From NCBI GenBank assembly GCA_037445735.1, contig JBBIJY010000042.1, positions 1-12,972 on the forward strand: 12,972 nucleotides of DNA. The letters are read 5' to 3'. Below, piece by piece: positions 5,879 to 12,972 of this stretch. Under the pieces are notes generated by a model. The model ran no database searches. It was given only the letters and a program-made list of their open reading frames with translations, and was not told the DNA's origin. Origin of the DNA: Armatimonadota bacterium. Its GTDB lineage: Bacteria > Armatimonadota > Fimbriimonadia > Fimbriimonadales > GBS-DC. Position 1 is the first letter of the stretch. The number at the start of each line of letters is the position of its first letter. Both the position numbers and the translations under genes were made by a program.

Positions 5879-8800
5879 CTAACGATGCACGACTTCTCGC
5901 GGCTCCTCGATGACCACTTCTTCCGCAGGTGGGCGGCGGCGGAACAGCAGGCGGCGCAGCCAGCGGGTCAGGTCATCCATCACCGTATACATGCAGGGGA
6001 TGACCAGCAGGGTCAGCAAGGTACTGACCAGCATGCCGCCGATAATCACAATTCCCAGCGGGGCACGGAACTCGCTGCCGCGCCCGACCGCCAGCGCAAT
6101 CGGAATCATCGCCAGCACCAGCGCGGTCGTGGTCATCAGAATCGGGCGCAGGCGGATGGGACCCGCTTCTAACAGCGCCTCCTCGCGTGCCCGTCCGCGC
6201 GAGCGCAGCGTGTTCGTGAAGTCCACCAGCAGAATCGCGTTCTTGCCGACCAGCCCCACCAGCATGATGATGCCGATCATCGACACGATGTTCAGCTCGG
6301 AGCGGGCAACAATCAGCGCCAGCAGGGCGCCCACCAGCGCCTGCGGCTGACTGAACATGATAATAAAGGGGTAGAGCCAGTTCTCGAACAGCGCGACCAT
6401 CAGCAGGTAGACCAGAATGAACGAGAGCAGCAGCGCCTGCATCATATACGCGCCCTCGCGCGCCATCACCTCGCCCTCACCGAACCACTGCACCTGCACG
6501 CCGGGGGGCACGAGATTCTGCTCGCGCAGCAGGCTATCTATCTGCACGCGCAGGTTGCCCAGCGAGTAGCCCGGCTGCAGGTTCGCCAGCACCATCACGC
6601 GCCGCTGGCGGTCGGCACGCTCGATGCGGGTGGGACCCTCGCTCAGGCGAACGGTCGCCACATCGCGCAGGTAGACGGGTGCACCCTGCACAGTGGCGAC
6701 CACCAGATTGCCCAGTTCGCTGGTGCGCTGGCGGTCGGCTTCGTTCAGGCGCACGCGAATGGCGTACTCCTGACCCGCCTCGCGGTACTTCACGCTGGTG
6801 TCGCCCTCGTAGGCGGTGCGCAGGGCTTGCGCGATCTCAGCGATGCTCACACCCAGCCGCGTGGCACGCTCCCGATCCACAATCACCTGCAGCTCGGGCT
6901 TGCCTGCTGACCACGAAAGGTCGGGGTCTTTGATGCCAGGCAGGCGGCTGATTGCCTGACGCACACGCTCGGCAGCCTCCAGCAGGGTGGCGGTGTCTTT
7001 GCCAACCATCGCCAGCTGGATGGGCTGCCCGAAGCTGCCGCCCCGAAAGCCCGAGAGGGCGTTCACCGAAATCTGGGCGCCCGCTATGGTGCCTATTTTT
7101 TCGCGCAGCTCGCCCGCCACCTCCACATCGGAGCGCGTGCGCAACGGCTCCTCATGCCGAACCCAGAACATCAGGCTATCCAGCAATGCCTTCTTGGGAT
7201 GGAGCGTCACCTGAATGCTGGCGAAGCGCGGTCCCCTATCGCCGGCGCCGATAAAGCCTGCGCCCGATGCACCCACCAGCGACGACACAAACTTCACTTC
7301 CGGGATGGTGAGCGCCACCTGCTCGATGCGCTTGACCACGGTGTCGGTCTCGCTCAGCGCGGCGTCGGGTGGCAGTTTGACCGAGATGCCTATCAGCCCC
7401 TGATCCTGCGAGGGCGCGAATCGGAAGGGCAGCAGAGGGTTACCCCGCAGTGCAGAGAGAATAATCAGCAGCAGGGTTGCCACCAGTGCGCCATTGCCGA
7501 TCAGGATCACCACCCAGCGATGGCGCAGCGCCCACGCCAGCGAGCGGCGATAGAACCGCTCCAGCGCCCGATAGCGGGCATCAAACCAGCGGAAGAAGCC
7601 CTTCGGCTCCTCTAAAGCCTCGCCCCGACGATAGAAACGGCTTGCCAGCATCGGTGTCAGCGTGAAGGAGACCAGCAGGGAGAAGAGCACCGTCACCGCC
7701 ACTGTCAAGCCGAACGAGCGGAAGAACTGACCGACCACCCCGCCCATAAAGGCTATCGGCAGGAACACCACCACATCCACAAAGGTAATCGTGATGGCTG
7801 CCAGCCCGATCTCCGTCCGACCGTTGTACGCCGCCTCCATCGGCGTCTCACCCATCGACAGGTGGCGATAGATGTTCTCAATCACCACAATCGCGTCGTC
7901 CACCAGCACGCCCACCGCCAGCGACAGCGCCAGCATCGTCATAAAGTTAATCGTGAAGCCGAAGAAGTAGATGGCGATAAAGGAGGCGAAGATACAGGTC
8001 GGGATCGCCAGCGCCACAATAAAGGTGCCGCGCGCATTGTATAAAAACAGATAGACTATCAGCACCACCAGAATAATCGCCAGATAGAGCGCGATGCGCA
8101 AATCGGTCAGGCTCTCTTTGATCGAATCCGCCTGATCAAAAGAGATTTCGAACTTCAGGTCGGGATACTCCTTCTGGATGCGCTCGATAACCTGATGGAT
8201 GCCGGCTGAGACTTCCAGTGCGTTCGCGTCGCTGGCTTTTTGCACCACCAGCGTCACATTCTCTTTGCCGTTCAGGCGGGTGATGACCGTGCGCTCTTCG
8301 ACGGTGTCGCGGATGTCGGCGATATCCTGCAGGCGGAGGGTGGCGCCCTGTGCCATCGGGTTGCGCGGGTTCTGCAGATAGAGGCGCAGGTTGCGCAGCT
8401 CCTCGATGGAGCGGAACTCGCCCAGCAGGCGCACATTGTAGTCGCGCTCACCTTCGGTGATTCGCCCGGCGGGCAGATTCAGGTTCGCCGTCTGCAGCGC
8501 GCGCACCACCGCATTAATGGACAACCCGTAGGCGTTCAGCCGCTCCTTATCGATGGCGATGAGGATCTCGCGCTTTTGCCCGCCCGACACCGTGACGGCT
8601 GCCACGCCCGGCACGCTCGCCAGCCGATCTTTGATGATGTTATCCGCCAGGTCGCGCAGTTCATATGGCTGACGGTTGCCTGTCAGCCCGATATACATCG
8701 TCGGCTGGGATTGCGTGTCCAGCTTGCTGATGACCGGGCGTTCGGCATCGTCGGGTAGCAGACCAATCGCTGCGTTCACCTTCGCCTGCACATCGATATA

Positions 8801-9112
8801 TGCCTGCCCGATATCGGTGCCGATGTAGAACTCCAGCGTGACCTGCGAGACGCCATATTGGGAGACGGAGGTAATCTGGCGCAACCCCTCCACGCCCGCC
8901 ACCGCATCCTCAATCGGCTTGGTGACGAGCGTCTCCACCTCGTCGGGCGAGGCGCCCGGATAGACCGTCAGAATGGTGATGACGGGGAAGTCCACCTTCG
9001 GCTGAAGCTCCACCTGCGTTTTGCTGAGCGCGTAGAAGCCCAGCACAATCACCGCGACCATGAAGACGGTGATGGTCACCGGTCGGTTCAGCGAGAGTCG
9101 GGTCAGCCACAT
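5879..9112 (-). CDS. RND efflux permease (AcrB/AcrD/AcrF, HAE1-like), 1077 aa
   Basis: N-terminal RPV..TM1, PKVDFPVITI..YPGASPDEVE; proton-relay motifs GVLVDDAIVVIENI, GLVGKNAILLVDF, RLRPILMTT. SD AGGAGG. Confidence 0.97.
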   Translation of the reverse strand: MWLTRLSLNRPVTITVFMVAVIVLGFYALSKTQVELQPKVDFPVITILTVYPGASPDEVETLVTKPIEDAVAGVEGLRQITSVSQYGVSQVTLEFYIGTDIGQAYIDVQAKVNAAIGLLPDDAERPVISKLDTQSQPTMYIGLTGNRQPYELRDLADNIIKDRLASVPGVAAVTVSGGQKREILIAIDKERLNAYGLSINAVVRALQTANLNLPAGRITEGERDYNVRLLGEFRSIEELRNLRLYLQNPRNPMAQGATLRLQDIADIRDTVEERTVITRLNGKENVTLVVQKASDANALEVSAGIHQVIERIQKEYPDLKFEISFDQADSIKESLTDLRIALYLAIILVVLIVYLFLYNARGTFIVALAIPTCIFASFIAIYFFGFTINFMTMLALSLAVGVLVDDAIVVIENIYRHLSMGETPMEAAYNGRTEIGLAAITITFVDVVVFLPIAFMGGVVGQFFRSFGLTVAVTVLFSLLVSFTLTPMLASRFYRRGEALEEPKGFFRWFDARYRALERFYRRSLAWALRHRWVVILIGNGALVATLLLIILSALRGNPLLPFRFAPSQDQGLIGISVKLPPDAALSETDTVVKRIEQVALTIPEVKFVSSLVGASGAGFIGAGDRGPRFASIQVTLHPKKALLDSLMFWVRHEEPLRTRSDVEVAGELREKIGTIAGAQISVNALSGFRGGSFGQPIQLAMVGKDTATLLEAAERVRQAISRLPGIKDPDLSWSAGKPELQVIVDRERATRLGVSIAEIAQALRTAYEGDTSVKYREAGQEYAIRVRLNEADRQRTSELGNLVVATVQGAPVYLRDVATVRLSEGPTRIERADRQRRVMVLANLQPGYSLGNLRVQIDSLLREQNLVPPGVQVQWFGEGEVMAREGAYMMQALLLSFILVYLLMVALFENWLYPFIIMFSQPQALVGALLALIVARSELNIVSMIGIIMLVGLVGKNAILLVDFTNTLRSRGRAREEALLEAGPIRLRPILMTTTALVLAMIPIALAVGRGSEFRAPLGIVIIGGMLVSTLLTLLVIPCMYTVMDDLTRWLRRLLFRRRPPAEEVVIEEPREVVHR

Positions 9113-9123
9113 GGTTTTGCCTC

Positions 9124-10602
9124 CTATCTTTCTGATGCGCCCGATAGGGAGTGCGGAAGCTCTGCTTCCGCACTCCAGCGCACGGGTTGACCGTCGCTGA
9201 GCAGGTCCTGCCCGCGAATGACCACCCGTTCACCGGGCTTGACGCCTTCGGCGTAGACCGTTTCGGCGTTGCTGGCGCGGATGCGCACGGGGCGTGATTT
9301 TGCGGTGTTATTCTCGACAACGAACAGGCGCGCCGTATCGCCCTTCTCGATCAGGGCGAGTTTGGGCACCAGCGGCACGTTGCGATAGGTGCGCAGGAGG
9401 ATGGTGCCGCGGGCGAACAGCCCTGTTTTGAGCGGCAGGTCAGCGGGGTTTGTGAGGGTGACGCGCAGGCGCAGGTTGCGGGCGTTATCGGCGGTGGCGG
9501 GATAGATGGCTTCCACCCTGCCCGCGAAACCGCGCTGCGGGAAGGCGTCGATGCGGATGGACACGGGCATGCCGACCCGCACCTCGCGCAGAAGGGTTTC
9601 GGGGAGCGTCGCTTCGAAGTAAAGACGGCTCAGATCGACGACGCGGGCGATCGGCGTGCCCTGTCCGACGGTCATGCCCACATCCACGAATCGCTGGGCA
9701 ATCCAGCCGTCGAAGGGTGCACGGATGAGTGTGTCTGTTAGTTGCTGTCGGACATAGGCGAGGTTTGCCTTTGCCTGCGCGAGGGCGGCGCGCGCGGCAG
9801 CCACCTGCGACTGGCGCAGCTCGATTTGCGATTTGCCCAGGATTGCCTGCCGATAGGCTTCTTCAGCTTGCTTGACAGCCTGCTCAGCGGCTTCGATATC
9901 CTCGCGGCGGGGTCCTTCACGGATGAGGCTCAGCGCCTCTTCCGCCTGACGCAGTTGCGCCTGTGCCGCTTCGTACGCCGCTTTCTGCGCATCGTACTGC
10001 TGTTTGGGGATTGCGCCCTGCTCGTAGAGCTGGCGGGCGCGTTCGAAGTTCGCCTTCGCCAGTTCGAAGCTGGCGCGGGCGGCGGCGACCTGCTGCTCGG
10101 CTTGCTGGCGTTCCTGCGGGCGCGCGCCAGCCTGCAGCGCTCGCAGTCGCGCCTGTGCCGCCAGCAGGGCGGAGCGCGCCGATTGAATCTGCGCATCGGT
10201 CAAATCGGGTTGCACGCGCGCGGCGACCTCCGCCTGCTTCAGGTTCGCTTCAGCCGCGCGTAATGCTGCCTCCGCCTGACGCAACTGGATACGCAGGTCG
10301 CTCTGATCCAGCATGGCAATCACCTGCCCCTTGCGCACGCGATCGCCCTCCCGCACGCGCACCTGCACCACCTTGCCGCCAATCCTGGCAGCGACCTGCG
10401 TGTCCAGATAGCTTTTCAGATCGCCTGTCACCTCAACTTCTTCGGTCAGGTTGCCCGTTTTGATCTCGGCGACGGCGACTGTGACGGCGCTGGTTTCGTT
10501 CGCGCCGGCGCGGGGCGCGGGGGCACCGCCCCGACACGCGCTCAGCATCACGCTCAGAAGGGCAAACAGCAATCCATAACCTGTCGGTTTTCGCATCGTC
10601 AT
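9124..10602 (-). CDS. RND periplasmic adaptor (membrane fusion protein), lipoprotein, ~492 aa
   Basis: Lipobox LSAC after a hydrophobic stretch; lipoyl halves GGKVVQVRVREGDRVRKGQ and IRAPFDGWI; long coiled coil; GVKPGERVV. Start ATG10602 is 6 nt after GGAGG and overlaps the TolC stop (ATG10605 and ATG10596 are alternatives). Confidence 0.93.
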   Translation of the reverse strand: MTMRKPTGYGLLFALLSVMLSACRGGAPAPRAGANETSAVTVAVAEIKTGNLTEEVEVTGDLKSYLDTQVAARIGGKVVQVRVREGDRVRKGQVIAMLDQSDLRIQLRQAEAALRAAEANLKQAEVAARVQPDLTDAQIQSARSALLAAQARLRALQAGARPQERQQAEQQVAAARASFELAKANFERARQLYEQGAIPKQQYDAQKAAYEAAQAQLRQAEEALSLIREGPRREDIEAAEQAVKQAEEAYRQAILGKSQIELRQSQVAAARAALAQAKANLAYVRQQLTDTLIRAPFDGWIAQRFVDVGMTVGQGTPIARVVDLSRLYFEATLPETLLREVRVGMPVSIRIDAFPQRGFAGRVEAIYPATADNARNLRLRVTLTNPADLPLKTGLFARGTILLRTYRNVPLVPKLALIEKGDTARLFVVENNTAKSRPVRIRASNAETVYAEGVKPGERVVIRGQDLLSDGQPVRWSAEAELPHSLSGASER

Positions 10603-11939
10603 CATCCGCCTCCATTTGTATGAGCTGCGCTCAGCGCATAGTGTGTTCCTATCGTACCGATTGCCCGCTGGAGAGCGGCGTAGGCGTTCAGGTAATCGAA
10701 CTGCGCGTTGACCAGGTTCGTTTGAGCTTGAGTGTAGGCGAGTTCGGCATCGCTGATTTCCAGCTGGGGTGAGACGCCCGCCTCGTAGCGGATTCGGGCG
10801 AGGCGCAACGCCTCGGTCGCCTGCTCCAGCCCCTTGCGGGCGACCTCCAGCCGCTGCAGAGCATCCTTGAGGTTGAGGTAGGCGGTGCGCACCTCCAGGG
10901 CGACGCCCTCCTTCACCTGCTGCAGGCTGATCTCGGCGATTTGCCAATCTTCGCGTGCCTGCGCCACCCGCGCACGGGTGATACCGCCGTCGAACACAGG
11001 GAACGATAGCACCGCCGTCGCGGTGAACACCTGCCGACGCGGGTTGAAGAGAGTGGGTGTGAGATTGAAGTTCCACTGCCCGTTGAGGGCAAGGGTGGGC
11101 AGGTTGCCCCGCCGCGCAAGGTCGATATTGACCTGTGCCAGCTCCCGATTGCGCTCGGCAGCCCGCACCTCCGGACGCTGCTGATACGCCTGCTGAATGA
11201 GCGTCTCCAGCGCGGGCAATTCCACGCGGGGCAGGTTGTCGGGCATCACGACCTGCACAGGCGCGTTGAGGTCGCGCCCCAGAATGTTGTTGAGCGCGGC
11301 ACGAGCCAGCTCCGCCTGATTGCGCGCGTTCAGCAGTGCCTGCTCGCTCTGGGCGACCTGAGTCTCGGCACGCAGCAGGTCAAATCGCGAGGCGACGCCC
11401 GTGTCCACCTGCGTACGCGTGATGCGCAGCCGCTCCTGCGCGTTCTTGAGCGCCTCCTCCGCCACCCGCACAAAGGCATCCGCTCGCGCCACATTCTGAT
11501 AAGCGTTAATCACCTGCAGGATCAGGTCGTTGCGGGCACGCTCGTACTCCAGTTGGCTCAGCTCATAGCCCAGCGAAGCGGCATGCACCCCTTTGCGGAT
11601 GAGACCGCTGATGTCGATGGGCTGGGTGAGCGTTGCCACCACGATTCGGCTCTCGATGGAGCCAAGCCGCACCTGCTGCGCCCCGAATCGAGCCGTGTTT
11701 ACCTGGTCATAGCGGGTATAGGTCGTATTGGTCTGCAGCTGCGGATTGCCAGCGCCGCGCGCCTCGGCGACCCGTTCCCGCGCCTTTTGCAGCGTGCGCT
11801 CAGCAATCTGAAACGAGCGATTGTTCCGCAGGGCAATCCGAATCGCCTCCTCCAGCGTCAGCGGCGCCTGATCAGTCTGCGCCCCTGTTAGTGCGACCGC
11901 CACCGTCAGCATCAGTAAGCCACCCATCCGTACTCTCAT
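10602..11939 (-). CDS. TolC-family outer membrane efflux protein, ~445 aa
   Basis: Signal peptide, LTLEEAIRIALRNN, two OEP repeats (GVASRFDLLRAE; RYEAGVSPQLEISDAE), RPEVRAA, SFPVFDGG. Start ATG11939 after SD GAGGTG. Confidence 0.95.
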   Translation of the reverse strand: MRVRMGGLLMLTVAVALTGAQTDQAPLTLEEAIRIALRNNRSFQIAERTLQKARERVAEARGAGNPQLQTNTTYTRYDQVNTARFGAQQVRLGSIESRIVVATLTQPIDISGLIRKGVHAASLGYELSQLEYERARNDLILQVINAYQNVARADAFVRVAEEALKNAQERLRITRTQVDTGVASRFDLLRAETQVAQSEQALLNARNQAELARAALNNILGRDLNAPVQVVMPDNLPRVELPALETLIQQAYQQRPEVRAAERNRELAQVNIDLARRGNLPTLALNGQWNFNLTPTLFNPRRQVFTATAVLSFPVFDGGITRARVAQAREDWQIAEISLQQVKEGVALEVRTAYLNLKDALQRLEVARKGLEQATEALRLARIRYEAGVSPQLEISDAELAYTQAQTNLVNAQFDYLNAYAALQRAIGTIGTHYALSAAHTNGGG

Positions 11940-11943
11940 ACTC

Positions 11944-12591
11944 TCACCTCGTTTCATCGCTGTGCGGCTGAGCTAAAAAAGCGGGCTTGAAGAACTCCAG
12001 CGTGCGCTCCACCAGCTCCGTCAGCGGCGCATGCTCTTTTTCCATCATCCACTCCAACAGGCAGAGCCGATAGAGCCGCACGGCATAGTGCGCCAGCACT
12101 TCGGGCGGCACATCCGTGCGATACTCACCCCGCTGCTGCCCACAAATAAAGCCCTGCAGGGCATGCTGGGTTGCCTCCTGAACCAGCGCCATCATCTGCT
12201 GGCGCAGTTCGGGATTCTGGCAGCAGGCAACCATGATGGAGCGCGTGAGCGCCAGCGACATGCCGTCCCGACTGGCAATAAACAACATCACCTGACGCAG
12301 AACCTCCCACTGGCTCGCCGCCGTCTGGGGTCTGAGCTGCTCCAGAAACTCGTAGATATCCTCCGCCATCTCTTCCATGTAGGCATAAAGCAGATGCTCT
12401 TTGGTGGGGAAGTAGTGAAAGAAGGTGCCTTTGGCGACATCGGCGCGCTCGGTGATCTCTTCGACCGTGAGCTGGTCGAAGGGCTTTTCCTGCATCAGTT
12501 CGAGCGCGGCGGTGATGATGCGCTGGCGCGTCTCCTCTTTGCGCCGCTCGCGCCGCCCCTTGCGCTCCGTCAGGTCCGTTTGCGTACTCAT
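11944..12591 (-). CDS. TetR/AcrR family transcriptional regulator, 215 aa
   Basis: RRERRKEETRQRIITAALEL..FDQLTVEEITERADVAKGTFFHYFPTKEHL helix-turn-helix; first gene of the efflux operon. Confidence 0.96.
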   Translation of the reverse strand: MSTQTDLTERKGRRERRKEETRQRIITAALELMQEKPFDQLTVEEITERADVAKGTFFHYFPTKEHLLYAYMEEMAEDIYEFLEQLRPQTAASQWEVLRQVMLFIASRDGMSLALTRSIMVACCQNPELRQQMMALVQEATQHALQGFICGQQRGEYRTDVPPEVLAHYAVRLYRLCLLEWMMEKEHAPLTELVERTLEFFKPAFLAQPHSDETR

Positions 12592-12606
12592 CGCCTGTCG
12601 CTCCAG

Positions 12607-12636
12607 AGTTTACCCGATGGCATTCAATTTTGTCAA
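12607..12636 (-). promoter_or_regulatory. Proximal sigma70 promoter of the tetR operon (TTGACA-N18-TAAACT)
   Basis: Perfect -35 at 12636-12631 and -10 TAAACT at 12612-12607, 15 nt before ATG12591. Confidence 0.6.
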
Positions 12637-12697
12637 GTCCTTCGGCTTCTCTGTCTCACCAATAATGAGCCAGAGCTTGATTTTATTGAATCTCTAA

Positions 12698-12763
12698 CGA
12701 CCGACGGTCATCAATGAATGGACGGTCAATGATGACCATCGGTCAACATTATACCATGGGTCA
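12698..12763. promoter_or_regulatory. Array of four TGACC-N3-GGTCA-like operator boxes
   Basis: cGACC-gac-GGTCA (12698-12710), gaatg-gac-GGTCA (12716-12728), TGACC-atc-GGTCA (12733-12745), atACC-atg-GGTCA (12751-12763). Period 18/17/18 bp. Confidence 0.75.
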
Positions 12764-12777
12764 GAGGGCTTTGTCAA
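12748..12777 (-). promoter_or_regulatory. Distal sigma70 promoter (TTGACA-N18-TATAAT, extended -10 TG)
   Basis: Both hexamers are perfect consensus (12777-12772 and 12753-12748), with TGgTATAAT. Confidence 0.8.
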
Positions 12778-12802
12778 GGGGGTTGGTTGGGTGTTCGGAA
12801 AA

Positions 12803-12912
12803 TCCACCCAGAGGCAAGGATGCCCCTCACCCCGACCCTCTCCCCAGCGGGGAGAGGGAGTTTCTGAACCCCTCTCCCCCGCAGGCGGGGGAGAGGGTAC
12901 GGGTGAGGGGGC
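12803..12912. repeat. ~110-bp REP/BIME-like palindromic repeat, copy 2
   Basis: Inverted copy of 57-164; 56/60 identical over the first 60 nt, with later differences mainly in loops and spacer. Confidence 0.85.
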
Positions 12913-12938
12913 TTCACTACGGGTGAGGGGGCTTCACT
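12898..12938 (+). repeat. Perfect 20-bp tandem duplication (TACGGGTGAGGGGGCTTCAC x2)
   Basis: 12898-12917 is identical to 12918-12937. Confidence 0.95.
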
Positions 12939-12972
12939 CAGGTCGATATTATGCCCCGAATTTTCGAACACC

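Larger units (their letters stand above)
5672..5879. mobile_element. Possible degenerate MITE (~208 bp) containing an inverted REP pair
   Basis: Left end GAGACTGTCCAAGAATT (5672-5688). Right end, read inward, GAGGCGATCTGGGAAAA (5879-5863) is only a weak match, mostly transitions. Left end coincides with the ORF break; right end touches the RND stop codon. Confidence 0.35.
12790..12972. mobile_element. Putative MITE with 14-bp terminal inverted repeats; may extend past the window edge
   Basis: GGTGTTCGGAAAAT (12790-12803) versus the reverse complement of 12959-12972, GGTGTTCGAAAATT: 12/14. Non-coding interior made of the palindromic repeat. Confidence 0.55.

Noticed and set aside
10606-11076. 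N-terminal ~157 aa of the 650-aa adaptor ORF
   Set aside because: Overlaps tolC in another frame. The SD and lipoprotein signal place the start at about 10602.
12698-12763. Mini CRISPR array
   Set aside because: A 17-18 bp period leaves no room for spacers, there are no cas genes, and the position fits operators.
12714-12971. Small ORFs 12714-12926 (+) and 12774-12971 (-)
   Set aside because: Translations of operator, promoter and palindromic repeat sequence (PHPxPLP pattern).

Overview
GC-rich bacterial window from a diderm, probably motile organism (TolC-family protein, MotAB). Gene order: lipB (+, probably leaderless) overlapping tail-to-tail with a minus-strand speD-metX operon; a divergent SDR; a stand-alone motAB pair (-); a truncated ECF-sigma-like ORF cut by a ~208-bp MITE/REP element; and a tetR-tolC-MFP-RND efflux operon (-) with two sigma70-type promoters and four phased TGACC-N3-GGTCA boxes. 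Two copies of a ~110-bp palindromic repeat sit in inverted orientation at the window ends, the right one inside a TIR-bounded mini-element. The best candidate for an undescribed system is the ~340-nt speD-metX leader. It matches no SAM riboswitch I can recognise, yet folds into a ~128-nt rod hairpin plus five small hairpins, carries a 27-aa uORF, and has an anti-SD that can pair with either the uORF SD or the speD SD. All alignments and folds were done by eye; no searches were run.
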